A stretch of DNA of 52,545 nt from an archaeon (GTDB taxonomy: Archaea; Nanobdellota; Nanobdellia; Pacearchaeales; GW2011-AR1), in NCBI GenBank assembly GCA_043810775.1, contig JBDRNU010000002.1, positions 1-52,545 on the forward strand. Reading direction: 5' to 3'. The translations under genes were made by a program, and so were the position numbers. This document shows positions 1 to 9,322 of this stretch, piece by piece (within the stretch, counting starts at the first letter, position 1; each line of letters starts with the position of its first letter). Under the pieces are notes generated by a model. It made no database searches, was not told the DNA's origin, and saw only the letters and a program-made list of their open reading frames with translations.

Positions 1-3000
1 CTATAAATCCAGTATCATAGTCATACGTACAAACAACATGAGACCACTCATTTTTAGCTGCAGGATTTAAATTAACAGGCCAAATATTTCTAACATCTCC
101 ACTTATATTATAAAACCCACAAGCAAGTTTTCCATTTCCACCAGCAATGCCATCCCCTCCCAAAAAATACCCACTTCTTGGTGTAGTACTATTAATTTTA
201 GAAACAATATGAAACCAGGAAGGTTGACTATCCAACTCAGTAAAAGGCTTTATCCAAACCTCAATGCTAAATGAACTTTTCAATCTTAATGAATTTGAGT
301 CGCTGAAATTAACAGAATCATCAACACCATCAAAACTTAATGCACTCGAATACTTTCCGCTTGCATTCCAGCTTGCCCCATTTATATTCCCATTATTTCC
401 ATATTTACTGCTATCAACAGCTTTAGTTGAATTATCCCCAATTTCAGTATTATTATCTAAATTCAAGTGCAAAACTAAACTGTCATCATAAAATGAATAA
501 TTAGTATAATTCCAAGTCCAGTTGTAAATTCCGAGCAAATCATATGAGTTTCTGTCAATATTTACCTTAAAGATTGCTTCAGTTAAATTAGTTTCAATGT
601 CAATTCCCGGAGTGGTGGCATTTACATCAGGAGGAATTATATCAAGCACTGTTATCCATAAAGTTTTTGAGTTTGAAGTGTAGTTTTCATTTCCAGAATA
701 AATTGTAGTTATATTTTTTAAGCCTGCAGATGAGTATGAAGTTAAATTCTCACTAGCTTTATTTCCAGAATAAATTAAACTCCCTCCAGAATAAACTTTA
801 AAATTCCCCACTCCTGAAGACAGATAAGCAGAGATATTTACTAATTCTCCTATTTTTTCTGTGAATCCTGACGCAGAACCATTTAGCAATAATATTATAT
901 TACCTGCAGCTTTAGTAATGTTTACAAGCAAAGCAGTTGAGTTGAGATTATTGGAAGTGTCATTAATAGTAATGTTAAGATAGTAATTGCCTACCCCTAT
1001 AGTAGTTGCGTTTTTAAGGTAGCCAGAACAGTTAATTGAAAACAATGAAGAATTAACCTTGAAGCAGCTTATATTTATATTATCTTTAGCAGTTATACTA
1101 TAAGCAAAAGGTGTTAGATACACTCTAGTTTGTGATGATGGAAGAGGTTCAAAATATGGTGGCTCTAAATCAGAATAAACTGTATTTAAAATTCTAGTTT
1201 CAGTGCAGTTTAAATTTCCAGAAACATCTGATGCACAAACCTGGTAGTAATGAGTTCCGTAGCTTAGATTGCTCTGATTGGAGTAAAATTCCCAGTAGCT
1301 TGAGTTGTATTTTTTCAAGTTGCTGGAGTAATGCTGCCAGACTTCTTGCGATGACAATCTTCTGTTGTAAATTCTTACTTCATCTATTCTTCCGTTGAAA
1401 AAATAAGCTGAAGCTCCAGTTGACGCTACTCCAGCACCAACAGATAAATTATTACTAGAAGAAGAATAACCTGAAATACCAGTTATAGTATTTTCTAAAT
1501 TACCATCAATATAAGATTTTATATTACTTCCATCAAAAGTAAAAATAAAATGATGCCACTTACTATCATTAATTATAGAATTACTATATACTCCATTTTT
1601 TGATGGAAGTACTAAACCTATTTTGGATTGATAAAATGGAGGTTCATTAATAGCAACATACCATCCAGCATTTAGTGTTGGGGAATATTTTCCAATTAGT
1701 ACATCATAACTATTAGATTCTGTATTAAACCATCCTTCTACACTAAATTTTGGCATTTTAAGAGAGCCAGAATCAAGAATTTTAACATAATCATTGACTC
1801 CATCAAAACTTAAAGCTGAACTATATTTTCCAGAAGAAGTCCATGAAGCTCCATTTAGAAAAGTGCCATTATTCCCATAATTAGAAACATCAACAGCTTT
1901 AGTTGAATTTTCTCCAATAGCAAGATTATTATCTAGATTTAAATGAAGCACTAAACTGTCATCATAAAATGAATAATTAGTATAATTCCAGCTCCAGTTT
2001 ATTTGGCTTATTGGAGGTGCTCCATGAATAATAGTTGCATTGATTTGAGCTGATTTGTTTGATGTTGTAAAATTATGCGGAGGAGTTGGATAGGTAAAAT
2101 TAACTTTAATTGGATTAATTGGAAAGCTTATATTTAACGAGTGAACTTCAGTGCATACTATATTCTCAATATTATTTGATATACAAGCTTGGTAAGTATA
2201 GTTTTGACCTAAAGCTAGGTTAGTCTGGTTTATGTAAAGATTCCAGTCTGTTGAGTTGTATTTTTTAAGCTGGCTGTTATAGAAATATTTAATATCTTCT
2301 GAGCTTAAAGCTCTTTTGAATATTACTACTTCATCAATTGTTCCATTCCAAGTGAAGGTAGGATTATACTGATTATATCCTATGGAGATATTTCTTTCAG
2401 ATGGATTATATGACCCACTAAATCCGGTAGAGGTTTGATACTCCCCATTTATCCATATTGCAACATCGGTCTTGTTAAAAACTCCTACAATGTGATTCCA
2501 GTTAGCTATATTTGGAACTACTACATTGCCACTTGAAATATAACCCGCCCCATTTCCGACAACAAAATAGCAGTTATTGCTCCAAAAACATCCTAACCAG
2601 TATCCTTCAGTATTACTTTCAGAAGCTCCGAAAATAGTGCTTAAAGCAAAATTAGGTTCTGAACTTGCTCCTTTTGATTTTGCCCAAGCCATTATAGTGA
2701 ATCCAGACATATCACTATATGCCTGCAAGTCTGGATTAGCTTGCAAGTCACCTAAATCAATTTTATCATTAATACCATCAAATTCAACCCCTAAGCCATA
2801 CTTGCCTTGTGTAAAAAAAGCACCGTCAAGTAAAGAGCCATTATTGCTGTAAAAGGAGTTATCAATTGCGCGATTGGAATTTTCACCTAAGTTAGGATTA
2901 TTATCTAGGTTCATATGTAAAACCAGATTATTTGCATTGTAAAACTGATGTACTGAATTATTAAAGTTGAAGTAAATAGAGTAAAGCTCTTTTGAAGAGC

Positions 3001-4072
3001 TTAAAGCTTGAGAAATGCTTACATTAACTATGATACTTTCTTTATTTGTAGAAAAATCTTTTATTGGTGTTGGAAAAGTGAAATTTGCTTTTGGAAGCAA
3101 TCCACAACCAATATTATTTACCTTAACATAGGTGCCGTCTGTTCCATTTCTCCAGCCAAGACCTTTATTTACCTGGACATTATAAGAAGAGCTATCTGAA
3201 CAAGAGTAGATGGCAATTCTTCCTCCACCTCCTCCACCTGCTTGTGATGCTCCAAGTGCTCCACCTCCATTGCCTGCGTTTGCCCTGATAATTCCGTTTC
3301 CTGAAAGACTTCCTGCAATAATATAAATGCTTCCACCACTTCCACCCCCACCCATACAGCTATTGCCTAAACCTCCAATATCTCCGTTTCTTCCATTTGA
3401 TGTTATTGTTCCAGAGTTAGAAAAAGTTCCTGAAGCATTAATTATTATTATTCCTCCTCCTGAACCTCCTAAAACAGGCGGCCAGCAAACCATTGCTGTT
3501 CCGTGACCTCCTCCGCCTGAACCAGATACAGAGGGTTTTGATATAAGCCCGTAAGTATTAGAAAGTGGGCAAAGTACACCTTCTGAAGATATGCCTCCAA
3601 CACCACCATAATAAGCACCTGTTCCGTATTCACCAGAACCGGTGCCTGAGCATCCTTCGCCCGGGCCATTGCCTGAAGTATAACCAAGATAATCTAAAAC
3701 AATACTGCTTCCTGAAGCAATTGTTAAATCAACTGTGTTTATTTTAACTGCTCTTCCTTGTGAGGCAGTTAGCTGACTGTTGCCATTAATTGTAAATATT
3801 GTGGAGTTTAGGATTACACCAGCTGTAACATTTACCCGTGCGCCATTTGTAATTAAGATAGAACCACAATAGGTATCTGTAGAAATTACTGTATTTGTAT
3901 TATAGATACATGAAGGAGTTACAACCTGGAAGCCAGTAATTTTAAGCGGAAGCAATTGAGCTAGTGAAATCAGCTTTGCTGAAAATTTACCCAAGTAGCT
4001 TGTGCTTGCAAATCCGATTAGGATAATTAGGAGTAGTAAAATTCCAAGACTAATTGCTAATTTTTTATTCAT
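1..4072 (-). CDS. Large secreted/surface protein: signal anchor, Gly-rich domain, >=3 LamG-like jellyroll domains (3' end runs off window)
   Basis: Not in ORF track. ATG at 4072 gives MNKKLAISLGILLLLIILIGF..., then GSGGGG/GGGGSGGSI/GGGGGGRI motifs and repeated LVLHxNLDNN...FDG.DDY...W.H.V...G.IDEV units. Frame spot-checked at ~2903, 1958, 482 and the window edge, not verified codon by codon. Confidence 0.85.
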   Translation of the reverse strand, partial: MNKKLAISLGILLLLIILIGFASTSYLGKFSAKLISLAQLLPLKITGFQVVTPSCIYNTNTVISTDTYCGSILITNGARVNVTAGVILNSTIFTINGNSQLTASQGRAVKINTVDLTIASGSSIVLDYLGYTSGNGPGEGCSGTGSGEYGTGAYYGGVGGISSEGVLCPLSNTYGLISKPSVSGSGGGGHGTAMVCWPPVLGGSGGGIIIINASGTFSNSGTITSNGRNGDIGGLGNSCMGGGGSGGSIYIIAGSLSGNGIIRANAGNGGGALGASQAGGGGGGRIAIYSCSDSSSYNVQVNKGLGWRNGTDGTYVKVNNIGCGLLPKANFTFPTPIKDFSTNKESIIVNVSISQALSSSKELYSIYFNFNNSVHQFYNANNLVLHMNLDNNPNLGENSNRAIDNSFYSNNGSLLDGAFFTQGKYGLGVEFDGINDKIDLGDLQANPDLQAYSDMSGFTIMAWAKSKGASSEPNFALSTIFGASESNTEGYWLGCFWSNNCYFVVGNGAGYISSGNVVVPNIANWNHIVGVFNKTDVAIWINGEYQTSTGFSGSYNPSERNISIGYNQYNPTFTWNGTIDEVVIFKRALSSEDIKYFYNSQLKKYNSTDWNLYINQTNLALGQNYTYQACISNNIENIVCTEVHSLNISFPINPIKVNFTYPTPPHNFTTSNKSAQINATIIHGAPPISQINWSWNYTNYSFYDDSLVLHLNLDNNLAIGENSTKAVDVSNYGNNGTFLNGASWTSSGKYSSALSFDGVNDYVKILDSGSLKMPKFSVEGWFNTESNSYDVLIGKYSPTLNAGWYVAINEPPFYQSKIGLVLPSKNGVYSNSIINDSKWHHFIFTFDGSNIKSYIDGNLENTITGISGYSSSSNNLSVGAGVASTGASAYFFNGRIDEVRIYNRRLSSQEVWQHYSSNLKKYNSSYWEFYSNQSNLSYGTHYYQVCASDVSGNLNCTETRILNTVYSDLEPPYFEPLPSSQTRVYLTPFAYSITAKDNINISCFKVNSSLFSINCSGYLKNATTIGVGNYYLNITINDTSNNLNSTALLVNITKAAGNIILLLNGSASGFTEKIGELVNISAYLSSGVGNFKVYSGGSLIYSGNKASENLTSYSSAGLKNITTIYSGNENYTSNSKTLWITVLDIIPPDVNATTPGIDIETNLTEAIFKVNIDRNSYDLLGIYNWTWNYTNYSFYDDSLVLHLNLDNNTEIGDNSTKAVDSSKYGNNGNINGASWNASGKYSSALSFDGVDDSVNFSDSNSLRLKSSFSIEVWIKPFTELDSQPSWFHIVSKINSTTPRSGYFLGGDGIAGGNGKLACGFYNISGDVRNIWPVNLNPAAKNEWSHVVCTYDYDTGFI

Positions 4073-4107
4073 TTCAAAGACACCAAGGGTTTCTTTGTAG
4101 CTTCCTT

Positions 4108-4305
4108 TCATTTTCTTTTTTTTCTAGCACGAGAGTAAACTGTCCAAATAGTCCTGTCATCTCTATTTAAGAGCAAGGCTATTTCGTGATAGCTTAAATT
4201 TAGTTTTTCTTTGAGATATTCTACAAGAACTTCAAGAACCTTGAGTTTTCTATCTTTGAAAATGCTAGAAGGTATGCTAATTTCTTTTTCCTCTTTTTTG
4301 CTCAT
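4108..4305 (-). CDS. Small HTH DNA-binding protein (sigma70 region-4-like)
   Basis: LSYHEIALLLNRDDRTIWTVYSRA helix-turn-helix; co-oriented upstream of the LamG gene. Confidence 0.75.
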   Translation of the reverse strand: MSKKEEKEISIPSSIFKDRKLKVLEVLVEYLKEKLNLSYHEIALLLNRDDRTIWTVYSRARKKRK

Positions 4306-4312
4306 TTTATGC

Positions 4313-4428
4313 TACTTACATTGTAAGTATTGCAGTTTATATATCTTTCCACTATTACTTACATTGTAAGTATTTAAGCTTTTCCAGATTATACTTACAT
4401 TGTAAGTATTGCAGTTTATATATCTTTC
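4313..4428. promoter_or_regulatory. Three copies of palindrome TACTTACA-T-TGTAAGTA beside minus-strand BRE/TATA boxes (putative operators)
   Basis: Copies at 4313-4329, 4356-4372, 4392-4408; copies 1 and 3 share 37 identical bp including GAAAGATATATAAA on the minus strand. Confidence 0.7.
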
Positions 4429-4471
4429 TAAAGCAATAATGCTTATATACATAAGAAAATTCTGAAAGAGC

Positions 4472-5002
4472 ATGGTCACTAAAGAGGAAGTTGAAGCTAA
4501 ACTTAATACAATGTCAGATTTTTTGAAAATGGAGTATTTAGAATACTGCTTAAAAGATTCTGATTTTAGTGTTAAGAGATTTTGCCACCAAAAATTAGCT
4601 GAATTATACGAGGACAGGAAAATGTTCAGTGAAGCTGCAAAAAATATGAGTTCTGTTGCAGAAGTTTCTCTTTCTTTTAAGGATAAAAGAGAGGCTTATA
4701 TGAAAGAGGTTGAGTTATGGCTAAAAGCAGGACACTTTGATATGTTTGACAATGCCCTTACCAGAGGATTATCCATAGGTAATGTTAGTGAGAAAGAAGA
4801 GATGAAAAGGGCTATAAAGGACCTTCTTAAAAGACAGGGACAGTCTTATGAAAAATCAATGAAGAGGGGAGCTGCAGTGAAGGTTTATGAGAAATTATTC
4901 CAGATGTCAGATACAAGCGAGAAAGAAGGAGTAAAGTTAAAGCTGATGGAACTTTATGACAAGTTAGGCAAAATTAGAGAGTATATGGCATTGAAGAAAT
5001 AA
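4472..5002 (+). CDS. Hypothetical alpha-helical (TPR-like) protein
   Basis: 176-aa ORF with KLAELYE..EAA and AVKVYEKL helical repeat patterns; TATA upstream. Confidence 0.6.
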   Translation: MVTKEEVEAKLNTMSDFLKMEYLEYCLKDSDFSVKRFCHQKLAELYEDRKMFSEAAKNMSSVAEVSLSFKDKREAYMKEVELWLKAGHFDMFDNALTRGLSIGNVSEKEEMKRAIKDLLKRQGQSYEKSMKRGAAVKVYEKLFQMSDTSEKEGVKLKLMELYDKLGKIREYMALKK

Positions 5003-5116
5003 ACTTATTCCTAAATTCAATGAGCAAATGGCGAGTCATTGGGAAGAGATATACTAAAATTATTTTTAATCAAAAAAAGGCATAAGATTTATAAAGTTGA
5101 TAAATTCGCTCTAATT

Positions 5117-5524
5117 ATGTCATTAAAAGAAAAGCTTGGAATTCAAGAAGCTGAATTATGCAGATTCCCTGAGGAAAATTCTATTGAAAAAGTTCCTGTG
5201 CTGTTTATAGAATTTAAAGGTGAACAGCCAGTCCAGCCTGTAATATCTGATTTTTTAGATTATCTTAACAAGAATTATACTAATTATAAATTCGAAGAAG
5301 AAGGAAGAAATACAAATATTGCTGCAGATCCTAGAGAAAGCAACTCTTTAATGGATTGCAGAATTACCTCTAACCCTCAAGCTGTAAAAATACTAATAAG
5401 ATGCTATGCAATAAGGGGTACAAGCATGAAGTTTTGGCTTCATAATCCTGGAGTTTATGGAACTGGGAATAAAGTAAATAGAGAAGAGATGATAAACAAT
5501 TATATTAAAAGATTAGAGGAATAA
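5117..5524 (+). CDS. Hypothetical protein
   Basis: ORF; start reassigned to ATG 5117, ~25 nt downstream of TATA (TTTATAAA). Confidence 0.55.
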   Translation: MSLKEKLGIQEAELCRFPEENSIEKVPVLFIEFKGEQPVQPVISDFLDYLNKNYTNYKFEEEGRNTNIAADPRESNSLMDCRITSNPQAVKILIRCYAIRGTSMKFWLHNPGVYGTGNKVNREEMINNYIKRLEE

Positions 5525-5567
5525 ACTTATTTCTAAGCAAGCTAATTAATAAAAAAAGAAAAAAAAT

Positions 5568-5666
5568 TTATTCAAATTCGCTTTCAAAACCCATATCTTG
5601 TTCTAGTAAATCGTCATCTAGCTCTTCTAAATCAAGGTCATCCATATCTTCCATTTCATCAGACAT
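5568..5666 (-). CDS. 32-aa ultra-acidic small protein
   Basis: MSDEMEDMDDLDLEELDDDLLEQDMGFESEFE; SD-like AAGAGGA before ATG, TATA upstream, T-tract after stop. Confidence 0.6.
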   Translation of the reverse strand: MSDEMEDMDDLDLEELDDDLLEQDMGFESEFE

Positions 5667-5799
5667 TTATATTCCTCTTTTTTTTAAATGTATTTCTTCC
5701 AATTGCTGGATTTTAACCTTTATAAATTTTTCGACAGTTAAGTTTATAAAGCTTAATTTAAGTATATTTAAAGTTAATATAAGAAAGATAACATATTAT

Positions 5800-5865
5800 C
5801 ATATCAAAAACTCTTTGAGTTTTTGAGTATGCTCAGAAATTCAAATTTAAAAGAATTACTGACAT
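5800..5865. repeat. Palindromic element family 2, copy 1
   Basis: TCAAAAACTC-TTT-GAGTTTTTGA GTATG CTCAGAAATTC...GAATTACTGAC; same layout as 46085-46182. Confidence 0.65.
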
Positions 5866-5993
5866 ATTATATATCACTTTCACAAATTCATGCTCATTTT
5901 ATTTTAGAGCTACAATTAATCAATAAGTATTTATCTTTCTAGTTAATGCAAATATAAATAAATTAAGAAATATATTGGAGGAAAATATAAATA

Positions 5994-7289
5994 ATGGCGA
6001 AAATTAGTCCAGTATCAATTAAGTATGTTATACATGCGAAATTCACTGCAAAAGGAACTGTAGAAAAGCCTGATGTAATTGGAGCTTTATTTGGACAGAC
6101 AGAAGGATTACTTGGCAGTGATTTAGAGATGAGAGAACTGCAAAAAGAAGGAAAAATCGGCAGAATCGAAGTTGAGCTTAAAAGTGATAAAGGCAAAACT
6201 GATGGAAAAATTGAGATACCTTCAGCTCTAGACAAAGCAGAAACAAGCATTATAGCTGCTGCCATTGAGACTATTGAAAGAGTTGGACCTACGGATGCTA
6301 AGATTGAAGTTGAGAAAATTGAAGATGTAAGGGGCAACAAGAGGGAATACATTTTAGACAGAGCAAAAAAACTGCTTGAAGGCATGAATGATACTATGCC
6401 TGAAACAAGAGAGATTACAGACAGTGTTAAGATTTCAAACAGACTTTTAAAATTACAAGAATATGGCAGGGAAAAATTGCCTGCTGGAGATATTAGCGGA
6501 GGAGAGATAATTGTAGTTGAAGGAAGGGCTGATGTAATTAATCTTATTAAAAACGGAATTAATAATGTCATATGTATGAATGGCACTTATTTGCCAGAGA
6601 CAATAAAAGAGTTAAGTTATGATAAAGAGATTACCTTGTTTATTGATGGAGACAGAGGTGGAATCTTAATTGCTAGAAATGCTTCTGAAAATGCAAGAAT
6701 AGATTTTATTGCAACAGCACCAGATGGCAAGGAAGTTGAAGAGCTTAATGGAAAAGAAATTCTTGTCGCACTGCGAAAGAAAGTTCCGGTTCAAGAATTT
6801 TTTTCACCTAGGAATAATGGAAGAAGTTATAGCAGAGAGAGCAGAGAGAATAGAGATAACAGAGAGAGTAGAGACCGTTATAGCAGAGATGGGCGGCCTT
6901 TTTATCGTTCTGGGAGAGACTTTGAAAGAAGAGACCAGAGGGATACAAGAAAAAGGTATGAATCAGCAGATTACAGCGAAAAACCAGTAAAAAAAATAGA
7001 AAAGGAATTAGGGGATGCAGAAAAAGAAAAACTTCGTAGTTTTGTGAATGAGGTTGAAGGAAAGAAAGAATCTTATTTGCTTGATGAAAACTTAGAGTTA
7101 ATAAGAAAAGTTTCTTCAAACTCACTGCCTGGTACACTGCAAAGAACTAGAAAAGGTATATGGATAATAGTGATTGACGGCAATGTTACAGCTTCAGTTA
7201 TACATGCTGCAGAGAAAAAAGGAGTGGCATATATAGTTGCTAAGAACTTCTCATACACTAATACTACCATAAATCTTATAAGCATGTAA
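5994..7289 (+). CDS. dnaG: Archaeal DnaG (TOPRIM, exosome-associated)
   Basis: VEKPDVIGALFGQTEGLLG, IVVEGRADV, DGDRGG motifs. Confidence 0.95.
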   Translation: MAKISPVSIKYVIHAKFTAKGTVEKPDVIGALFGQTEGLLGSDLEMRELQKEGKIGRIEVELKSDKGKTDGKIEIPSALDKAETSIIAAAIETIERVGPTDAKIEVEKIEDVRGNKREYILDRAKKLLEGMNDTMPETREITDSVKISNRLLKLQEYGREKLPAGDISGGEIIVVEGRADVINLIKNGINNVICMNGTYLPETIKELSYDKEITLFIDGDRGGILIARNASENARIDFIATAPDGKEVEELNGKEILVALRKKVPVQEFFSPRNNGRSYSRESRENRDNRESRDRYSRDGRPFYRSGRDFERRDQRDTRKRYESADYSEKPVKKIEKELGDAEKEKLRSFVNEVEGKKESYLLDENLELIRKVSSNSLPGTLQRTRKGIWIIVIDGNVTASVIHAAEKKGVAYIVAKNFSYTNTTINLISM

Positions 7290-7306
7290 TCCTTGGTTAA
7301 GATAAG

Positions 7307-7765
7307 ATGTTTGAAAAAGAGGATAAAAGGAAATTAATTATTTTAGCTAGTGTTATTCTAGTTTTACTAGTTGTTGCTGTTTATTTTACTTTTTTATATT
7401 ATAAAAAATGTAATGATATTGAGTGCTTTAATTCTTACCTTAGAAAGTGCAGTAAAGCCGGATTTCAGCATGATTCAGAAAGTGCAGTATGGTATTATAA
7501 GATAAAGGGAGTAGATAGCGGTGAGTGTGTTGTTAGTGTTGAACTTATTCAGGCTAAGGAAGGGAATATTGACCTTTTGCCAGCTGAGGGAAAGTCTATG
7601 GACTGTTATCTTCCTAAGGGAGTGGTTGTTGAGCCACATAAGAGTATTAGCAGATGCCACGGACTGCTTAAAGAAGAGACGCAACAGATAATTATTGACA
7701 GAATGATTACTTATATTCTAGATAATGTTGGAGAAATCTCTGAAGAGCTTCAGAAAACTTTATAG
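7307..7765 (+). CDS. Membrane-anchored Cys-containing hypothetical protein
   Basis: N-terminal TM helix, six Cys. Confidence 0.6.
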   Translation: MFEKEDKRKLIILASVILVLLVVAVYFTFLYYKKCNDIECFNSYLRKCSKAGFQHDSESAVWYYKIKGVDSGECVVSVELIQAKEGNIDLLPAEGKSMDCYLPKGVVVEPHKSISRCHGLLKEETQQIIIDRMITYILDNVGEISEELQKTL

Positions 7766-7802
7766 CAATAAAGTTTATAAATAGAATTCTTACAGGGTTA
7801 TT

Positions 7803-8213
7803 ATGGCAGGATATACGAGAGAAGATTTTGAAAAAGGAAAATGCCCAGAATGTGGAAGTGCGGATATTGATGAAGAGCGTAATATTGCTAATATAGCAGA
7901 CCCTGCTGGTTACTTATTAGATTTTCCTTTTGGACCAAATTATAAGTGTAATAAATGTAATGCTACAAATGAGGGAGATGAGTGTTTTATAGCTAGCACT
8001 GTATATGGAGATAGAAATGCCCCTCAAGTTCAGGCTTTAAGAAAGTTTAGAGATGAAGTTCTTATGAATAGCAGTGCTGGAAGGTCATTTGTAAGTTTCT
8101 ATTATAGTGGCGCTGGAGAAAAAACAGCTGAATTTATTGAAAATCATCTTCCTTCTACTATTCCAACAATACGGAAGAGCCTGGATTTTTTAGTTAGCCG
8201 GATTTCTGATTAA
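7803..8213 (+). CDS. Zn-ribbon + CFI-box-CTERM domain protein
   Basis: CPECG...CNKC followed by CFIASTVYG...V..LRKFRD. Confidence 0.7.
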   Translation: MAGYTREDFEKGKCPECGSADIDEERNIANIADPAGYLLDFPFGPNYKCNKCNATNEGDECFIASTVYGDRNAPQVQALRKFRDEVLMNSSAGRSFVSFYYSGAGEKTAEFIENHLPSTIPTIRKSLDFLVSRISD

Positions 8214-8220
8214 ATAAAAT

Positions 8221-8841
8221 TTATAAAAACTCTAAAATCTGGGTGAGTCTAGTACAGGGGTTGATATAGTAAGTTGCTTCCTCTCTTAGTAATTCTGGAC
8301 AATTAATTGCTATACTTGTTCCAACTGAACGAAACATTGGGATATCAGAAGGAGAATCTCCTACAGCAAAACATGCTTTAGGCTCAATTTGCTCTTGATT
8401 ACAAAATTGATAAACAAAATCAGGTTTTTCATTTCTGCCTATATACGGGGCAGAAAATCCCTGGATTAGTGAGCCTTGCATTAAAGTAGTATTGGCATAA
8501 TACCTATCAAAACCATAGTCTTCACAAAGAAATTGGGAAAAAAGGCCTACACCTGAAGTTATTATAGCTGATTTAAATTTTTTTTCTTTAATTGCCTTCA
8601 TTGTATCTGCAATTCCTGGAATTAGGGGCATTTTTTCATAAAATTCCCTAAGCTGCTGAACTGAATATCCTCTAGCTAGCTGTCCTAAATCAACAATAAA
8701 TTTCTCATCTGAGATTTTCTTGCTACCCACTAGCTCTTCAAGTTCAAGAACTTCTGCTTCTTTACCTAGCTGAGTTCCAAGAAATACCGCTGAAATTTCA
8801 GGAGTCAGAGTTTTATCCATATCAAAAAATATAATTGGCAT
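8221..8841 (-). CDS. HAD-IB phosphatase, phosphoserine phosphatase-like
   Basis: FFDMDKTL motif I, ITSG, K, VGDSPSDIPM motif IV. Confidence 0.8.
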   Translation of the reverse strand: MPIIFFDMDKTLTPEISAVFLGTQLGKEAEVLELEELVGSKKISDEKFIVDLGQLARGYSVQQLREFYEKMPLIPGIADTMKAIKEKKFKSAIITSGVGLFSQFLCEDYGFDRYYANTTLMQGSLIQGFSAPYIGRNEKPDFVYQFCNQEQIEPKACFAVGDSPSDIPMFRSVGTSIAINCPELLREEATYYINPCTRLTQILEFL

Positions 8842-8856
8842 TTTAGTTTATTTTTT

Positions 8857-8912
8857 TATTTTTTGAGACCTCGAAAATTGAACTTGGAAATTTGCATACT
8901 AATTTTCTTAGT
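8857..8912. repeat. Palindromic element family 2, divergent copy, between 21-bp direct repeats
   Basis: TATTTTTTGA-GACC-TCGAAAATT...AATTTTC flanked by ATCAAAAAATAyAATTGGCAT at 8821-8841 and 8913-8933. Confidence 0.5.
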
Positions 8913-9012
8913 ATCAAAAAATACAATTGGCATGCTGAAGATAATTAATATGTATTTTTAATAATTATTGTTATAGAAAGATTTTTAAACTAGTTTTTTT
9001 TATGAATAAATT

Positions 9013-9285
9013 ATGATATGGTTTCAAGAACATGTAGGAAGAAGAATAAGTTACTTGCAGAAGCCTGCTCCTGAACAAAAACAAGTTAAGGTGTATGCAA
9101 AAATTACTAGAATCAGCTTCCCATACTTAAGAGAGCAAGATTCTCCTGATAAAATACAAGTAAGACCTTATTCTCCTGATGAACCAGATAAATTAGAAAA
9201 TACAGTCAGCTTGAAGTTAAGAAAAGATAGTGAAAAAGAAGATAAAGATTTAAGACAGCCAGGTGACTGGTGCTTTGTAGATTAA
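9013..9285 (+). CDS. Hypothetical protein
   Basis: 90-aa ORF with own TATA box. Confidence 0.5.
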   Translation: MIWFQEHVGRRISYLQKPAPEQKQVKVYAKITRISFPYLREQDSPDKIQVRPYSPDEPDKLENTVSLKLRKDSEKEDKDLRQPGDWCFVD

Positions 9286-9322
9286 TAATAAGTTTTATAA
9301 CTATTATTTCTTTAATAATAAC

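Noticed and set aside
264-3747. Six short ORF-track calls in 264-3747
   Set aside because: Shadow frames of the long minus-strand LamG gene
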